Below are positions 9,501-18,101 of a stretch of DNA of 25,428 nucleotides, piece after piece. The position numbers and the translations under genes were made by a program. The DNA is from Coriobacteriia bacterium (GTDB taxonomy: Bacteria > Actinomycetota > Coriobacteriia > WRKU01 > WQUG01): positions 1 through 25,428 of the forward strand of contig WREJ01000001.1 of NCBI GenBank assembly GCA_009779395.1, written 5' to 3'. Under the pieces are notes generated by a model. The model did not search any database. It had not been told where the DNA came from and worked only from the letters and a program-made list of their open reading frames with translations. How positions within the stretch are numbered: the first letter of the stretch is position 1; each line of letters opens with the position of its first letter.

Positions 9501-9674
9501 AAGGATTTCTGCTACCTGTGTTGTTACTGGTTCAAGCACTGACTGAACTGCCGCCGAATTTGCTGCTGCAAAAAAGGGCAGGGCAAAAAGAAGCATCGTT
9601 GCTACAACAAGCAGCAATTTAATTTTTCGAGGATACCTTTGAAATGTAGTGGTATTTGCTTGTTCAGCGGTCAC
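6582..9674 (-). CDS. Sortase-anchored surface protein: signal peptide, RCC1/BLIP-II repeats, two Ig-like domains, two FctA/Spy0128-like pilin domains, VPPSG-TM-basic tail
   Basis: GTG start with AAAGGG SD; hydrophobic N-terminus; six (D)GTLWAWG-type repeats; FTT-ending Ig-like domains; ITK...YRISE...FTN and ISK...YSVTE...FTN; VPPSG then hydrophobic stretch then KYGKR. Confidence 0.82.
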   Translation of the reverse strand: MTAEQANTTTFQRYPRKIKLLLVVATMLLFALPFFAAANSAAVQSVLEPVTTQVAEILSAGDTFSAADSSAVLETGISSFDSLDIHPEARTFSAGAQHSLAISADGTLWAWGLNTNGQTGLGTTTGNQTTPAQVGTATNWIQVSAGHIHSNAIRSDGTLWAWGAGGNGQTGLGTTTGTQTTPAQVGTATNWTQVSAEQSHSLAIRSDGTLWSWGFNANGRTGLGISSLTNTLVPTQVGIDTTWSQVSAGESYSLALRSDGTLWAWGSNENGQTGLGITAGDQTTPAQVGTVTNWTQVSAGANHSHAIRSDGTLWAWGTNADGRTGLGTTTGNQTTPLQVGTASDWLLADVSTMGIHSLAMKTDDSLWTWGTNNHAQLGKGITTTSGQGAGTNNWIPWRIAASPVPQSAINWLPSAVAAGSATTPYSGRQNVTPDCTPHIIIRFDRQMCTEPTSLGTIEVSNGATVDVANGSWSSSVIGGVTVPNSVFSADLDLRATDTLHTVVASGFRDASLGDVMYPHGTGPGGAYPNTVWTFTTGEVPIPVVVMDVEPKGHEIPASAQHLYIVFDQLISQTNPERQITLSWTEAGVEQTHILDLSTAQWCTDNSILTVALPVLRPATTYTVLIEGFMSTSGVFMTGPFTHTFTTETVELDLAITKNLLMPVGTTIPQVDFVFNIEAYSYNGDSSAAEMADMPALSVTPLTFSTADTGTADGDTLTLTQISEFLLRNEMPFPFAGLFVYRISEADNTFTNTDTETMLFDPTVYQITFQVENMPAPAPTNSLFVSAIFLQRVVDGVPGDKIDISDNLTDALTFTNIFVRNHDNDDPLDPNVAGGLRISKAVEGVLANQTRFFDFDLGIWVPSVLTSPTGYRAYVVDSLNNTVVTTTDNGTIAGSSDNGAYLFFSSGATQTVSLRHGQTLVFVGTHVGARYSVTEQAVTDFMPSVVLVSNGQPVSITNPDMPNTTLTVPMQILGEAANRADFTNITIFVPPSGFDTGAFGMALLLAAIVALAVIVTAAKYGKRTAQLPLMH
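8475..9407 (-). repeat. About six tandem 153-156 bp RCC1 repeat units within the surface protein gene
   Basis: 51-52 aa period, consensus SAGxxHSLAIRSDGTLWAWGxNxNGQTGLGTTTGNQTTPAQVGTATNWTQV; similarity is also clear at DNA level (cccatgcccagag-gtgccgtctg). Confidence 0.9.
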
Positions 9675-9734
9675 AATCGTCCCTTTACTTAGTCACTTTT
9701 TGCGGATAAGATGCGTTGTTTTAGTCAAGAAAAA

Positions 9735-9743
9735 ATTTTAGCA
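9735..9743 (-). promoter_or_regulatory. Extended -10 promoter (TGCTAAAAT) for the surface protein gene
   Basis: TGn-TAAAAT about 60 nt upstream of GTG 9674. Confidence 0.55.
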
Positions 9744-9769
9744 TAATGGACCTGCTCTCCTTGGAAAGC

Positions 9770-10648
9770 TCATGCCTTATGTTGTTTGGGATTACCCTTG
9801 CGATTATCCAGTATTAGGTTTATGCCCAAGCCACAACTAACCAGCAAACCACCTGCAAGTAGCATGGGGTTAAAGCTGCCCGCCAGTACCTGGTCAAAGA
9901 TAACTGCAGCAGAGACTTGGCCGATAAACATCAGCAGGGTCAGGTAAAAAGCGGGAACCTTGATGACGGCAACATTGCAGCTTAGCACCACGCCAATGCC
10001 CATTATGCCGCCCAGATACAGCAAAATATTGGGGTCAAAAGTTGTTGTCTGCGCAAGCTCTGCGCGTCCCAGCAGCAAAAACGCGCTGACCGAGACAATC
10101 AGACCGACAAGGTTGTTAAAGTACACACTGGTCAGCGTATTGGCTTCCTGTGCCAGCTTTGCGTTTAGGGTACGTGACACAATAATGCAAAAACCTGCTG
10201 CGATTGACACAACAACAGCCAGCAGATTAAAGGTGTCAATCATGACAACGATACCTGCAATGATAAAGACCAGACCAATCAGTTTGCTGCTTTTGAAGGG
10301 GTGTTTGGGCATTCCCATAAGACCAAACTGGTCAACGGCAAGCCCTAGAATGCTTTGCCCCAGCAAGATAAGTGCCATAATCGCAGAAATGCTGATGATG
10401 CCATAGGCAATATTGTTCGAGATAACGGTTATCACACCGATGCCGCCACCCAAATACAGCGGAAAGGCAGCACGCTGCTTAAAGGGTGACTGACGCCGCA
10501 GCAGCATAATCAACGAGCTAGCCGTAAGTCCAATAATGTGAACCAGCACAACACCCGTATAAATCCCGTAGTGACTTGCCAGGGCACCATTGCTGGTAAC
10601 CATGGCGGTAATAAGCGCACCCGCGAAAAAAGACAGTAGGTAATACAC
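9770..10648 (-). CDS. DMT superfamily transporter, tandem YdcZ/DUF606-like halves
   Basis: About 10 TM helices in two repeats; YLGGGIGV and YLGGIMG; GQSILGLAVDQFG and GQVSAAVIFDQ; GTG overlaps the upstream TAG. Confidence 0.85.
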   Translation of the reverse strand: MYYLLSFFAGALITAMVTSNGALASHYGIYTGVVLVHIIGLTASSLIMLLRRQSPFKQRAAFPLYLGGGIGVITVISNNIAYGIISISAIMALILLGQSILGLAVDQFGLMGMPKHPFKSSKLIGLVFIIAGIVVMIDTFNLLAVVVSIAAGFCIIVSRTLNAKLAQEANTLTSVYFNNLVGLIVSVSAFLLLGRAELAQTTTFDPNILLYLGGIMGIGVVLSCNVAVIKVPAFYLTLLMFIGQVSAAVIFDQVLAGSFNPMLLAGGLLVSCGLGINLILDNRKGNPKQHKA

Positions 10649-11226
10649 TAGCGGGCGTATTCGACTAGCAGTTTACTTGACATTTCCAAGACCGACACCC
10701 AGTGCCAGGCGTCCTGCAAACTTGCGCCGACTGAAAAAGGCCCGTGTCCGCGCACGACAGCTATGGGGCAATCTGTCTGTGCCATTAGCTGGGGAAGTAG
10801 CTGCGCGACCTCTGCAGAAGCGATTGTACGGGCCACATCTAGAACTGGTACGCGCGGTATAAAGTGCTGCGCCTCGCTGTCGAGCGGCTTAATAGAGTCA
10901 TGTCGCAAAGACAGCAGTGTTGTATACAGCGAGTGAGTGTGGACCACCGCAGAAATGTCGGGCAGCGCGTGGTACAGCGCACGGTGTACGACTAGTTCTA
11001 CCGACGCGCGGCTGTCAGCAGCACGTGCTGCCGTGTCATCTGCTGCAGGAACCTGGTAGCCAACAGTAACAATGTCGTCTGCGCGCAAGCGCCCCAAAGC
11101 ACAGCCGCTGCGGGTGATATGGACGGAATGCTCCGCCCTATCTAACACACTGATGTTGCCGCCATGTGAAGAGATAAGCCCGGACACGAATAGGTCGCGC
11201 CCGAGCTCTTGTATTTCTGCAAACAG
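10648..11226 (-). CDS. Class II (Zn) aldolase/adducin family protein, FucA-like; start probably CTG 11226 (alternatives TTG 11262, ATG 11310)
   Basis: SHGGNIS, ITRSG, ASVELVVHRALY, VVHTH, VRGHG, LEMSSK. Confidence 0.85.
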   Translation of the reverse strand: MFAEIQELGRDLFVSGLISSHGGNISVLDRAEHSVHITRSGCALGRLRADDIVTVGYQVPAADDTAARAADSRASVELVVHRALYHALPDISAVVHTHSLYTTLLSLRHDSIKPLDSEAQHFIPRVPVLDVARTIASAEVAQLLPQLMAQTDCPIAVVRGHGPFSVGASLQDAWHWVSVLEMSSKLLVEYAR

Positions 11227-11233
11227 TCTGTCC

Positions 11234-12172
11234 CTAGAGGGTGAAATCTGCGTCCCCCTCAAAAATAGCGAGTGCTTCTGCGACCTCGGCGTCTGCCAGC
11301 GTAATGGCACTGATTGCTTTTGTCAGCCGCACTGCCTGTGCAAGCGAGCGTTGGTGAATGTTGCGCCCCGTTGCATTACCGCGCGCGCCACCCACATGAA
11401 TCTGCTGGTACAGCTGGGTCAGGAAGGTCTGTGCATCAACGGTCGAGCCACCAGCACAAACCAAACCACAGCGACCACTTGCCATAGAAGCCTGATGCAG
11501 CAGCTGTGCGGGAGTCTGTCCATCTTTGGCATTGGGTGGGTTGACCTTGACAAAGTCGGCACCCAAACACAGTGCTGTACCCGCTGCCCCTGCCAACAGA
11601 TGCGCGTCTTTTTCGTCCGCAACAGCCTTGCCGCGTGGATACACCCACAGACAGACAATCAGTCCCGCTGCATGAGCCTGTGCGATAAGCTCTCCTGCCT
11701 CTGCCATCATCTGTGATTCGTATTCTGAACCAATATAGATGGTATAGCCAATACCCACAACGTTGACACCGTTATTAATCAGTTCGAGAATTGCCTCGAA
11801 AGAATGAAGCTGGGGCGAATAGGGGTCGTCCTGGTCTTTTTTAACCAGATGTGTCTTTGAGTTCACCTTTATCAGATAGTTAATGTCGGGATAGTCTGCC
11901 GCATAGGCTGCCACCAGACCGCGCTGACCTGCCAAAACACCAATTACGCCCTGGTCGCCAATCTGAAACAGATGGTCGGGAAGTGCGTCAGCAGGATCAA
12001 TTCCCTCGCCATAAAAGTCATCATTCAGGTGCTCGATTTTCTGATCACAGGCAAAGAGCATCAGACGCCCCGTACCGCGTGTAGCCTTTAAATAGTTATC
12101 AAGGTAGGTCTCGCGCGCCTCGGCAGAAACGCCGGCCGGTACCTTTACCTCTTCCCGCTTTAAAACAGGCAT
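11234..12172 (-). CDS. Class I aldolase, DhnA/archaeal-type fructose-bisphosphate aldolase family
   Basis: LMLFACDQKIEH, GYTIYIGSEYE, LWVYPRG, Schiff-base Lys in GADFVKVN, AGGS, TGRNIHQ; start reset to ATG 12172 after SD AAGGGGG. Confidence 0.88.
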   Translation of the reverse strand: MPVLKREEVKVPAGVSAEARETYLDNYLKATRGTGRLMLFACDQKIEHLNDDFYGEGIDPADALPDHLFQIGDQGVIGVLAGQRGLVAAYAADYPDINYLIKVNSKTHLVKKDQDDPYSPQLHSFEAILELINNGVNVVGIGYTIYIGSEYESQMMAEAGELIAQAHAAGLIVCLWVYPRGKAVADEKDAHLLAGAAGTALCLGADFVKVNPPNAKDGQTPAQLLHQASMASGRCGLVCAGGSTVDAQTFLTQLYQQIHVGGARGNATGRNIHQRSLAQAVRLTKAISAITLADAEVAEALAIFEGDADFTL

Positions 12173-12222
12173 GGTTCCCCCTTTTATAAGGTGTGTAAAA
12201 ACAAACATAAAACAATGCCATC

Positions 12223-12231
12223 AGTGTATCA
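12223..12231 (-). promoter_or_regulatory. Extended -10 promoter (TGATACACT) for the aldolase operon
   Basis: TGn-TACACT about 50 nt upstream of the start. Confidence 0.5.
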
Positions 12232-12327
12232 CAGCACGTGACGGCAGAACACTGATTTCGCAAGCGGCCTTTGGAGTAATAGGGGGCGAAATAAGGGGCG
12301 GAGTCTGTCCACTACTTGGCAATAGTC

Positions 12328-12336
12328 TGCTACAAT
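12328..12336 (+). promoter_or_regulatory. Extended -10 promoter (TGCTACAAT) for groESL
   Basis: TGn-TACAAT about 90 nt upstream of groES. Confidence 0.6.
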
Positions 12337-12351
12337 ACTTTGAGCGTTTGC

Positions 12352-12379
12352 GTGCTAGCCTCTTCTGAGTGCTAAGCAC
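12352..12379 (+). promoter_or_regulatory. Degenerate CIRCE (perfect right half GAGTGCTAA at 12367-12375) inside a hairpin
   Basis: Exact CIRCE right arm upstream of groES; left arm only CTAGCCTC with a 4-nt spacer instead of TTAGCACTC-N9. Confidence 0.5.
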
Positions 12380-12423
12380 CAAGGCGCAGAGGAAGATATC
12401 GTGACCGTAAAAGGAGGACTACC

Positions 12424-12714
12424 GTGAAATTGAAGCCACTTGGCGACAATGTCATTGTCAAGCAAGCTGCTGCTGAAACGCAGACAAAAAGTGGGCTGTA
12501 CGTGCCCGACAGTGCAAGCGAAAAACCACAACGCGGCGAAGTTTTAGCCGTTGGTGCTGGCAAGTTTAACAAAGCTGGCGACCGCATTCCTGTCGACATT
12601 GCCGTAGGTGACACCGTCATTTACAGCAAGTACGGCGGCAACGAGGTCAAGCTTGACGACATGGAATACATCATTTTAAAGTCAGACCAAATCTATGCCG
12701 TTGTGCAGGATTAA
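12424..12714 (+). CDS. groES: Co-chaperonin GroES
   Basis: LKPLGDNVIVK, KSGLYVPDSASEKPQRGEVLAVGAG, YSKYGG; SD AAGGAGG; GTG start. Confidence 0.98.
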   Translation: MKLKPLGDNVIVKQAAAETQTKSGLYVPDSASEKPQRGEVLAVGAGKFNKAGDRIPVDIAVGDTVIYSKYGGNEVKLDDMEYIILKSDQIYAVVQD

Positions 12715-12748
12715 TGGACAGACTCTGCATTAAAACTTCTGAAGGTAA

Positions 12749-14401
<1,653 letters not shown>

Positions 14402-14403
14402 CC

Positions 14404-14529
14404 TCAGAGCGCACCAGACGGTCAGACTCGGTGTCGTTTGAAAAACCAAAAATACACGAGTAGCTTAGTACACTTAGCATTTTTGGTTTTTCAAGCCTCC
14501 TAGATTCTGACCGTCTGGATGCGCCCTGA
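14404..14529. repeat. About 125-bp nested imperfect palindrome between convergent groEL and deacetylase genes; probably also a bidirectional terminator
   Basis: Outer perfect 13-bp stem 14414-14426/14506-14518 plus GCGCA/TGCGC extension; inner perfect 16-bp stem 14438-14453/14479-14494; symmetric 11-nt gaps; 25-nt loop. Confidence 0.85.
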
Positions 14530-14584
14530 CAGTTGATACTACGCTGCGCTTTCCGATTTTTATTTCAGCACAAATCTCGACCAC

Positions 14585-14597
14585 CTGGATGCGCTCT
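14585..14597 (-). repeat. Additional left-end copy (AGAGCGCATCCAG) of the repeat family
   Basis: CTGGATGCGC directly repeated at 14515-14524 and 14585-14594; lies 2 nt after the deacetylase stop. Confidence 0.6.
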
Positions 14598-14599
14598 TT

Positions 14600-15769
14600 T
14601 TACTTACTTTGGCGGTACATTTCCTCTACCGTCACAAATTCAAATCCCTCTGCTTGCAGTACATTAACAATCAAAGCAACAGCCTGAACGGTTTGGCTGC
14701 GGTCTCCTCCGCCGTCGTGCAGCAGAATTATCGAACCAGGGGCAGCATTTTGCATGACACGTTCTGCGATAAGATACGCGCCAGGTCTGCGCCAATCCAC
14801 TGGGTCGAGGTTCCAGTGAGCAAACATGAGGTTTTCTGACCCCAGCAGCGCAAAGACCGTGCTGTTGGTCAGACCATAGGGAGGACGTACCCAGGTAGGA
14901 CGCACACCCGTAGCTGTCTCGATGATGTTTTGCGATCTTTGCAGGTCACGACGCACCTCTTCAAGGCTTAGTTCACGGTAATCCCTATGACTGTAGCTGT
15001 GATTTGCAATCTGATGCCCTGCCGCTGCTATTTGTTGCGCAACCTCTGGGTAGCGCGACACCTGACTGCCCGTCAGAAAAAAGGTCGCTGGTACCTCTGC
15101 GGCGGAAAGCAGGCGTAGCACTTCTGGCGTGTATTGCGGATGCGGTCCATCATCAAAGGTCAGAGCAATCAGCTTGGGGCTGCTTTTGCCAAACGAACTA
15201 AACTGGACTTCGACGTCACGCATTGCCACGCGCTGCTCGACGGCGACTTCGATTTCTGAAATCGCGCCATACAGACGCACGGTCACACCAATCTGACCAG
15301 CATCGACGACCTGCCCAAATGGACCTGTCCCTCGTCGGGTAAATCCTGGCTTGACTTCAGATGCCTCTTCGGCGATGTCTTCTCGCACGTCGTCTCCGCG
15401 GCGCACATTAATGTCGGTCGCAGAACGAATGGGCGCACTCGCATCGCGCTCCTTTGTGCGAACAACAAAAATCGGCGGCTCGCCACCCTGTTCTTCTAGC
15501 ACACTGCCATCCACAGCAAGCAAATCACCGTACAGCTGCCGTGGTTCAAGATATTTATGGGCAACTTCACCCAGAGTTGTCCCGTAGGGTATTTTCAGAG
15601 CACGTCCATTCAGGCTGACGTCTACGGGAAAACGCAGCACATGCGGTGCCACAAGCAGAGCAAGAATAAAGCAGGTAAGCGTAAATAGTGCATATTGAAT
15701 AAGGGAACGCTTTGAGTGAGCTCGAAAACGTTCCCCCCGTGTACGGTCTTTAAGATCCAGAGCTTCCAA
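14600..15769 (-). CDS. Membrane-anchored polysaccharide deacetylase (NodB/CE4, PgdA-like) with an N-terminal stalk possibly including a G5-like domain; start uncertain
   Basis: One N-terminal TM; LTFDDGP, NHSYSH, RPPYG, WNLDPVDW, ILLHDGGG. Confidence 0.9.
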   Translation of the reverse strand: MEALDLKDRTRGERFRAHSKRSLIQYALFTLTCFILALLVAPHVLRFPVDVSLNGRALKIPYGTTLGEVAHKYLEPRQLYGDLLAVDGSVLEEQGGEPPIFVVRTKERDASAPIRSATDINVRRGDDVREDIAEEASEVKPGFTRRGTGPFGQVVDAGQIGVTVRLYGAISEIEVAVEQRVAMRDVEVQFSSFGKSSPKLIALTFDDGPHPQYTPEVLRLLSAAEVPATFFLTGSQVSRYPEVAQQIAAAGHQIANHSYSHRDYRELSLEEVRRDLQRSQNIIETATGVRPTWVRPPYGLTNSTVFALLGSENLMFAHWNLDPVDWRRPGAYLIAERVMQNAAPGSIILLHDGGGDRSQTVQAVALIVNVLQAEGFEFVTVEEMYRQSK

Positions 15770-15808
15770 TCAAGGTCTTTTGCAGGTAAATCAGCGTTGC
15801 AAACACTG

Positions 15809-16135
15809 CTAGGTCTTGTCAGCAGAGCCGTCTGCCACAGCAGCGTCAGCGACATCGGCATCCTGTGCGCGCTCGGCTACGGCATCAGAAATACGGTCGC
15901 GCGCAACGTCGATTTTTCCCTTAAGCTGTGCGGTCGCATCTCCTGCGTAATCCGAGGCTGTGGAATACAACTCTACCGCCCGGTCACGAACGTTATCGCT
16001 CATGACATCGGCATTATCCATGTAGGCCTGAGCCTTTTCTTTGATAAAAGCGCGCGTCTCGGTACCTGCTTTTGGCGCGAACAAGACACCAATCACAGCA
16101 CCAATAATGCCGCCAGCTAGAAATTTGCCACCCAT
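15809..16135 (-). CDS. YtxH-domain (general stress) protein
   Basis: KFLAGGIIGAVIGVLFAPKAGTETR then a helical tail; SD GAAGGAAG; start could also be 16141 or 16144. Confidence 0.88.
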   Translation of the reverse strand: MGGKFLAGGIIGAVIGVLFAPKAGTETRAFIKEKAQAYMDNADVMSDNVRDRAVELYSTASDYAGDATAQLKGKIDVARDRISDAVAERAQDADVADAAVADGSADKT

Positions 16136-16174
16136 ACCCATCACTTCCTTCGATTATGTTCCGTCCGTTTATAA

Positions 16175-16183
16175 ATAGTAGCA
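16175..16183 (-). promoter_or_regulatory. Extended -10 promoter (TGCTACTAT) for ytxH
   Basis: Same 9-mer as at 91-99; about 30-40 nt upstream of the start. Confidence 0.5.
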
Positions 16184-16201
16184 CGTAGCGGCTTTTTCGC
16201 G

Positions 16202-18025
16202 CTAGCTTGCTTGTGCTTTGCTGCGTGCGCGCTTGCGATCGACTTCGTTCAGTAGGCGTTTGCGCAGGCGAATTGACTGGGGCGTTACCTCGACCAGTTC
16301 GTCATCTTCGATGTATTCTAGTGCTTCTTCGAGGGTAAAACGCAGTGGTGGCGCAAGCAGTATTTGTTTGTCAGCAGCAGCTGCACGAATGTTGGTCAGC
16401 TGTTTTGCTTTGGCAACGTTGACCATCAAATCACCACGACGCGCCGCCTCGCCGATGATCATGCCCTCGTAGCACTGCTCACCTGGGCTGATAAACAGCG
16501 TACCGCGTTGCTGCAGCGAATCCAGCGCGTAGGCAACCGCCTTGTCAGAGGACAGGGCAATCAGCGAGCCATTTTGTCGTCCCTTTAGCGGTCCGCGATA
16601 AGGACCGTACTCTGAAAAAGTGTGGAAGAGTATTGCTTCGCCGCGTGTGGCATTCAGCAGGCGTGCGCGCAGACCCATCATGCCGCGTGACGGAATCTTG
16701 AACTGCAGATACACGTTGTTATCACGCTGAACCATGTCGGTCATCTCGCCGCCGGCAGAACCAAAGATTTCAATGACCTTGCCCGTATAATCACTGGGAA
16801 CATCAACAACGGCTAGCTCGATGGGCTCGGTACGCGAACCGTCTGCTGCACTGCCAAATACCACCTGAGGACGACCGACCTGAAACTCGAAACCCTCGCG
16901 GCGCATGGTCTCCATCAGAACAGATAGGTGCAGCACGCCACGACCGGCGACCGTCATTCCCCGCTTGTCTTCCGTCTCGCTAATTTGCATCGAGATATTG
17001 GACTCTGCCTCTCTTAGCAAACGTTCTTTTAGCTGGCGACCACCAACGATTTCGCCCTCTTGCCCCACCAGAGGACTGGTCGATGCCTCAAAGACAACTG
17101 ACATCGTTGGTTTTTCGACCTCGATGGGGTCGACATCAACTGTCTGTCCAATGCTGGTGTACAAATCCCCGATGTCGCAGTCTTCGACACCGGCAACAGC
17201 AACGATATCACCAGCGCGTGCCTGCTGCGTTTCTTCGCGCCCCAAGGCCTCGAACACAAAGACTTGCTTTGCTGTCGCGGTAAAATTTTCACCGCTGTTC
17301 TTTATAATCTGCAGACGGTCGCCCTGATTTAAGGTACCCGAGAACAGGCGACCAACACCAATGCGCCCCAGATAATTGGAGTAATCAATCTGGCAAATCT
17401 GCAGGGCAACTGGTCCTTCTGTGTCAACGTCAGGAGCAGGAATACAGCTGATAATAGTATCAAGCAAAGGCGCAAAATCTTGGTTGTTGTCTGTTGGTTC
17501 GCGGCGCGCATAACCGTTAAGCGCACTGGCGTAAATAACAGGGAAATCCAGCTGCTCGTCGTTTGCCCCCAGGTCAAGCATTAGCTCGAACACTTCGTCA
17601 AGTACTTCGTGAGGACGAGCACCATCACGGTCGATTTTGTTGATGACAACCAGCGGTTTCAGGTGATTCTCTAGTGCTTTTTTCAGCACAAAACGCGTCT
17701 GAGGCATTGGTCCATCAAGGGCATCGACCAGCAGCAGGCAGCCGTCTGCCATGCGCAGGACACGCTCTACCTCTCCCCCAAAGTCAGCGTGACCAGGCGT
17801 GTCAATAACATTGATTTTTACCCCTTGATAGCGAATCGAGATATTTTTCGCAAAGATGGTGATGCCGCGTTCGCGTTCTTGGTCGCCACTGTCCAAAACA
17901 CGTTCTGCGACCTCTTGATTGTCACGAAAGACACCCGCTGTTTGCAGCAGGCGGTCGACCAGGGTCGTTTTGCCATGGTCGACATGAGCAATAATCGCGA
18001 TGTTGCGCAGCTGTTCTTGTTTCAT
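16202..18025 (-). CDS. typA: Translational GTPase TypA/BipA
   Basis: AHVDHGKTT, ERERGITI, DTPGHADFGGEVER, NKID, GRGVLHL, YEGMIIG, LTNIRA, LVEVTPQSIRLRK. Confidence 0.98.
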   Translation of the reverse strand: MKQEQLRNIAIIAHVDHGKTTLVDRLLQTAGVFRDNQEVAERVLDSGDQERERGITIFAKNISIRYQGVKINVIDTPGHADFGGEVERVLRMADGCLLLVDALDGPMPQTRFVLKKALENHLKPLVVINKIDRDGARPHEVLDEVFELMLDLGANDEQLDFPVIYASALNGYARREPTDNNQDFAPLLDTIISCIPAPDVDTEGPVALQICQIDYSNYLGRIGVGRLFSGTLNQGDRLQIIKNSGENFTATAKQVFVFEALGREETQQARAGDIVAVAGVEDCDIGDLYTSIGQTVDVDPIEVEKPTMSVVFEASTSPLVGQEGEIVGGRQLKERLLREAESNISMQISETEDKRGMTVAGRGVLHLSVLMETMRREGFEFQVGRPQVVFGSAADGSRTEPIELAVVDVPSDYTGKVIEIFGSAGGEMTDMVQRDNNVYLQFKIPSRGMMGLRARLLNATRGEAILFHTFSEYGPYRGPLKGRQNGSLIALSSDKAVAYALDSLQQRGTLFISPGEQCYEGMIIGEAARRGDLMVNVAKAKQLTNIRAAAADKQILLAPPLRFTLEEALEYIEDDELVEVTPQSIRLRKRLLNEVDRKRARSKAQAS

Positions 18026-18101
18026 AGCAGCAATTGTATACCTTAAACTAGCAGCTACGCTACGTTTTTCCCGATGCTCGCTATCCTTTTTAGGCGCACA
18101 G

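Noticed and set aside
12349-12375. Canonical CIRCE
   Set aside because: Left arm at N9 spacing reads TGCGTGCTA, not TTAGCACTC; reported only as degenerate
14404-14597. CRISPR array or type I toxin-antitoxin locus
   Set aside because: No regularly spaced repeats; the minus-strand AGGAGG-TTG opens only a 6-codon ORF, with no hydrophobic toxin
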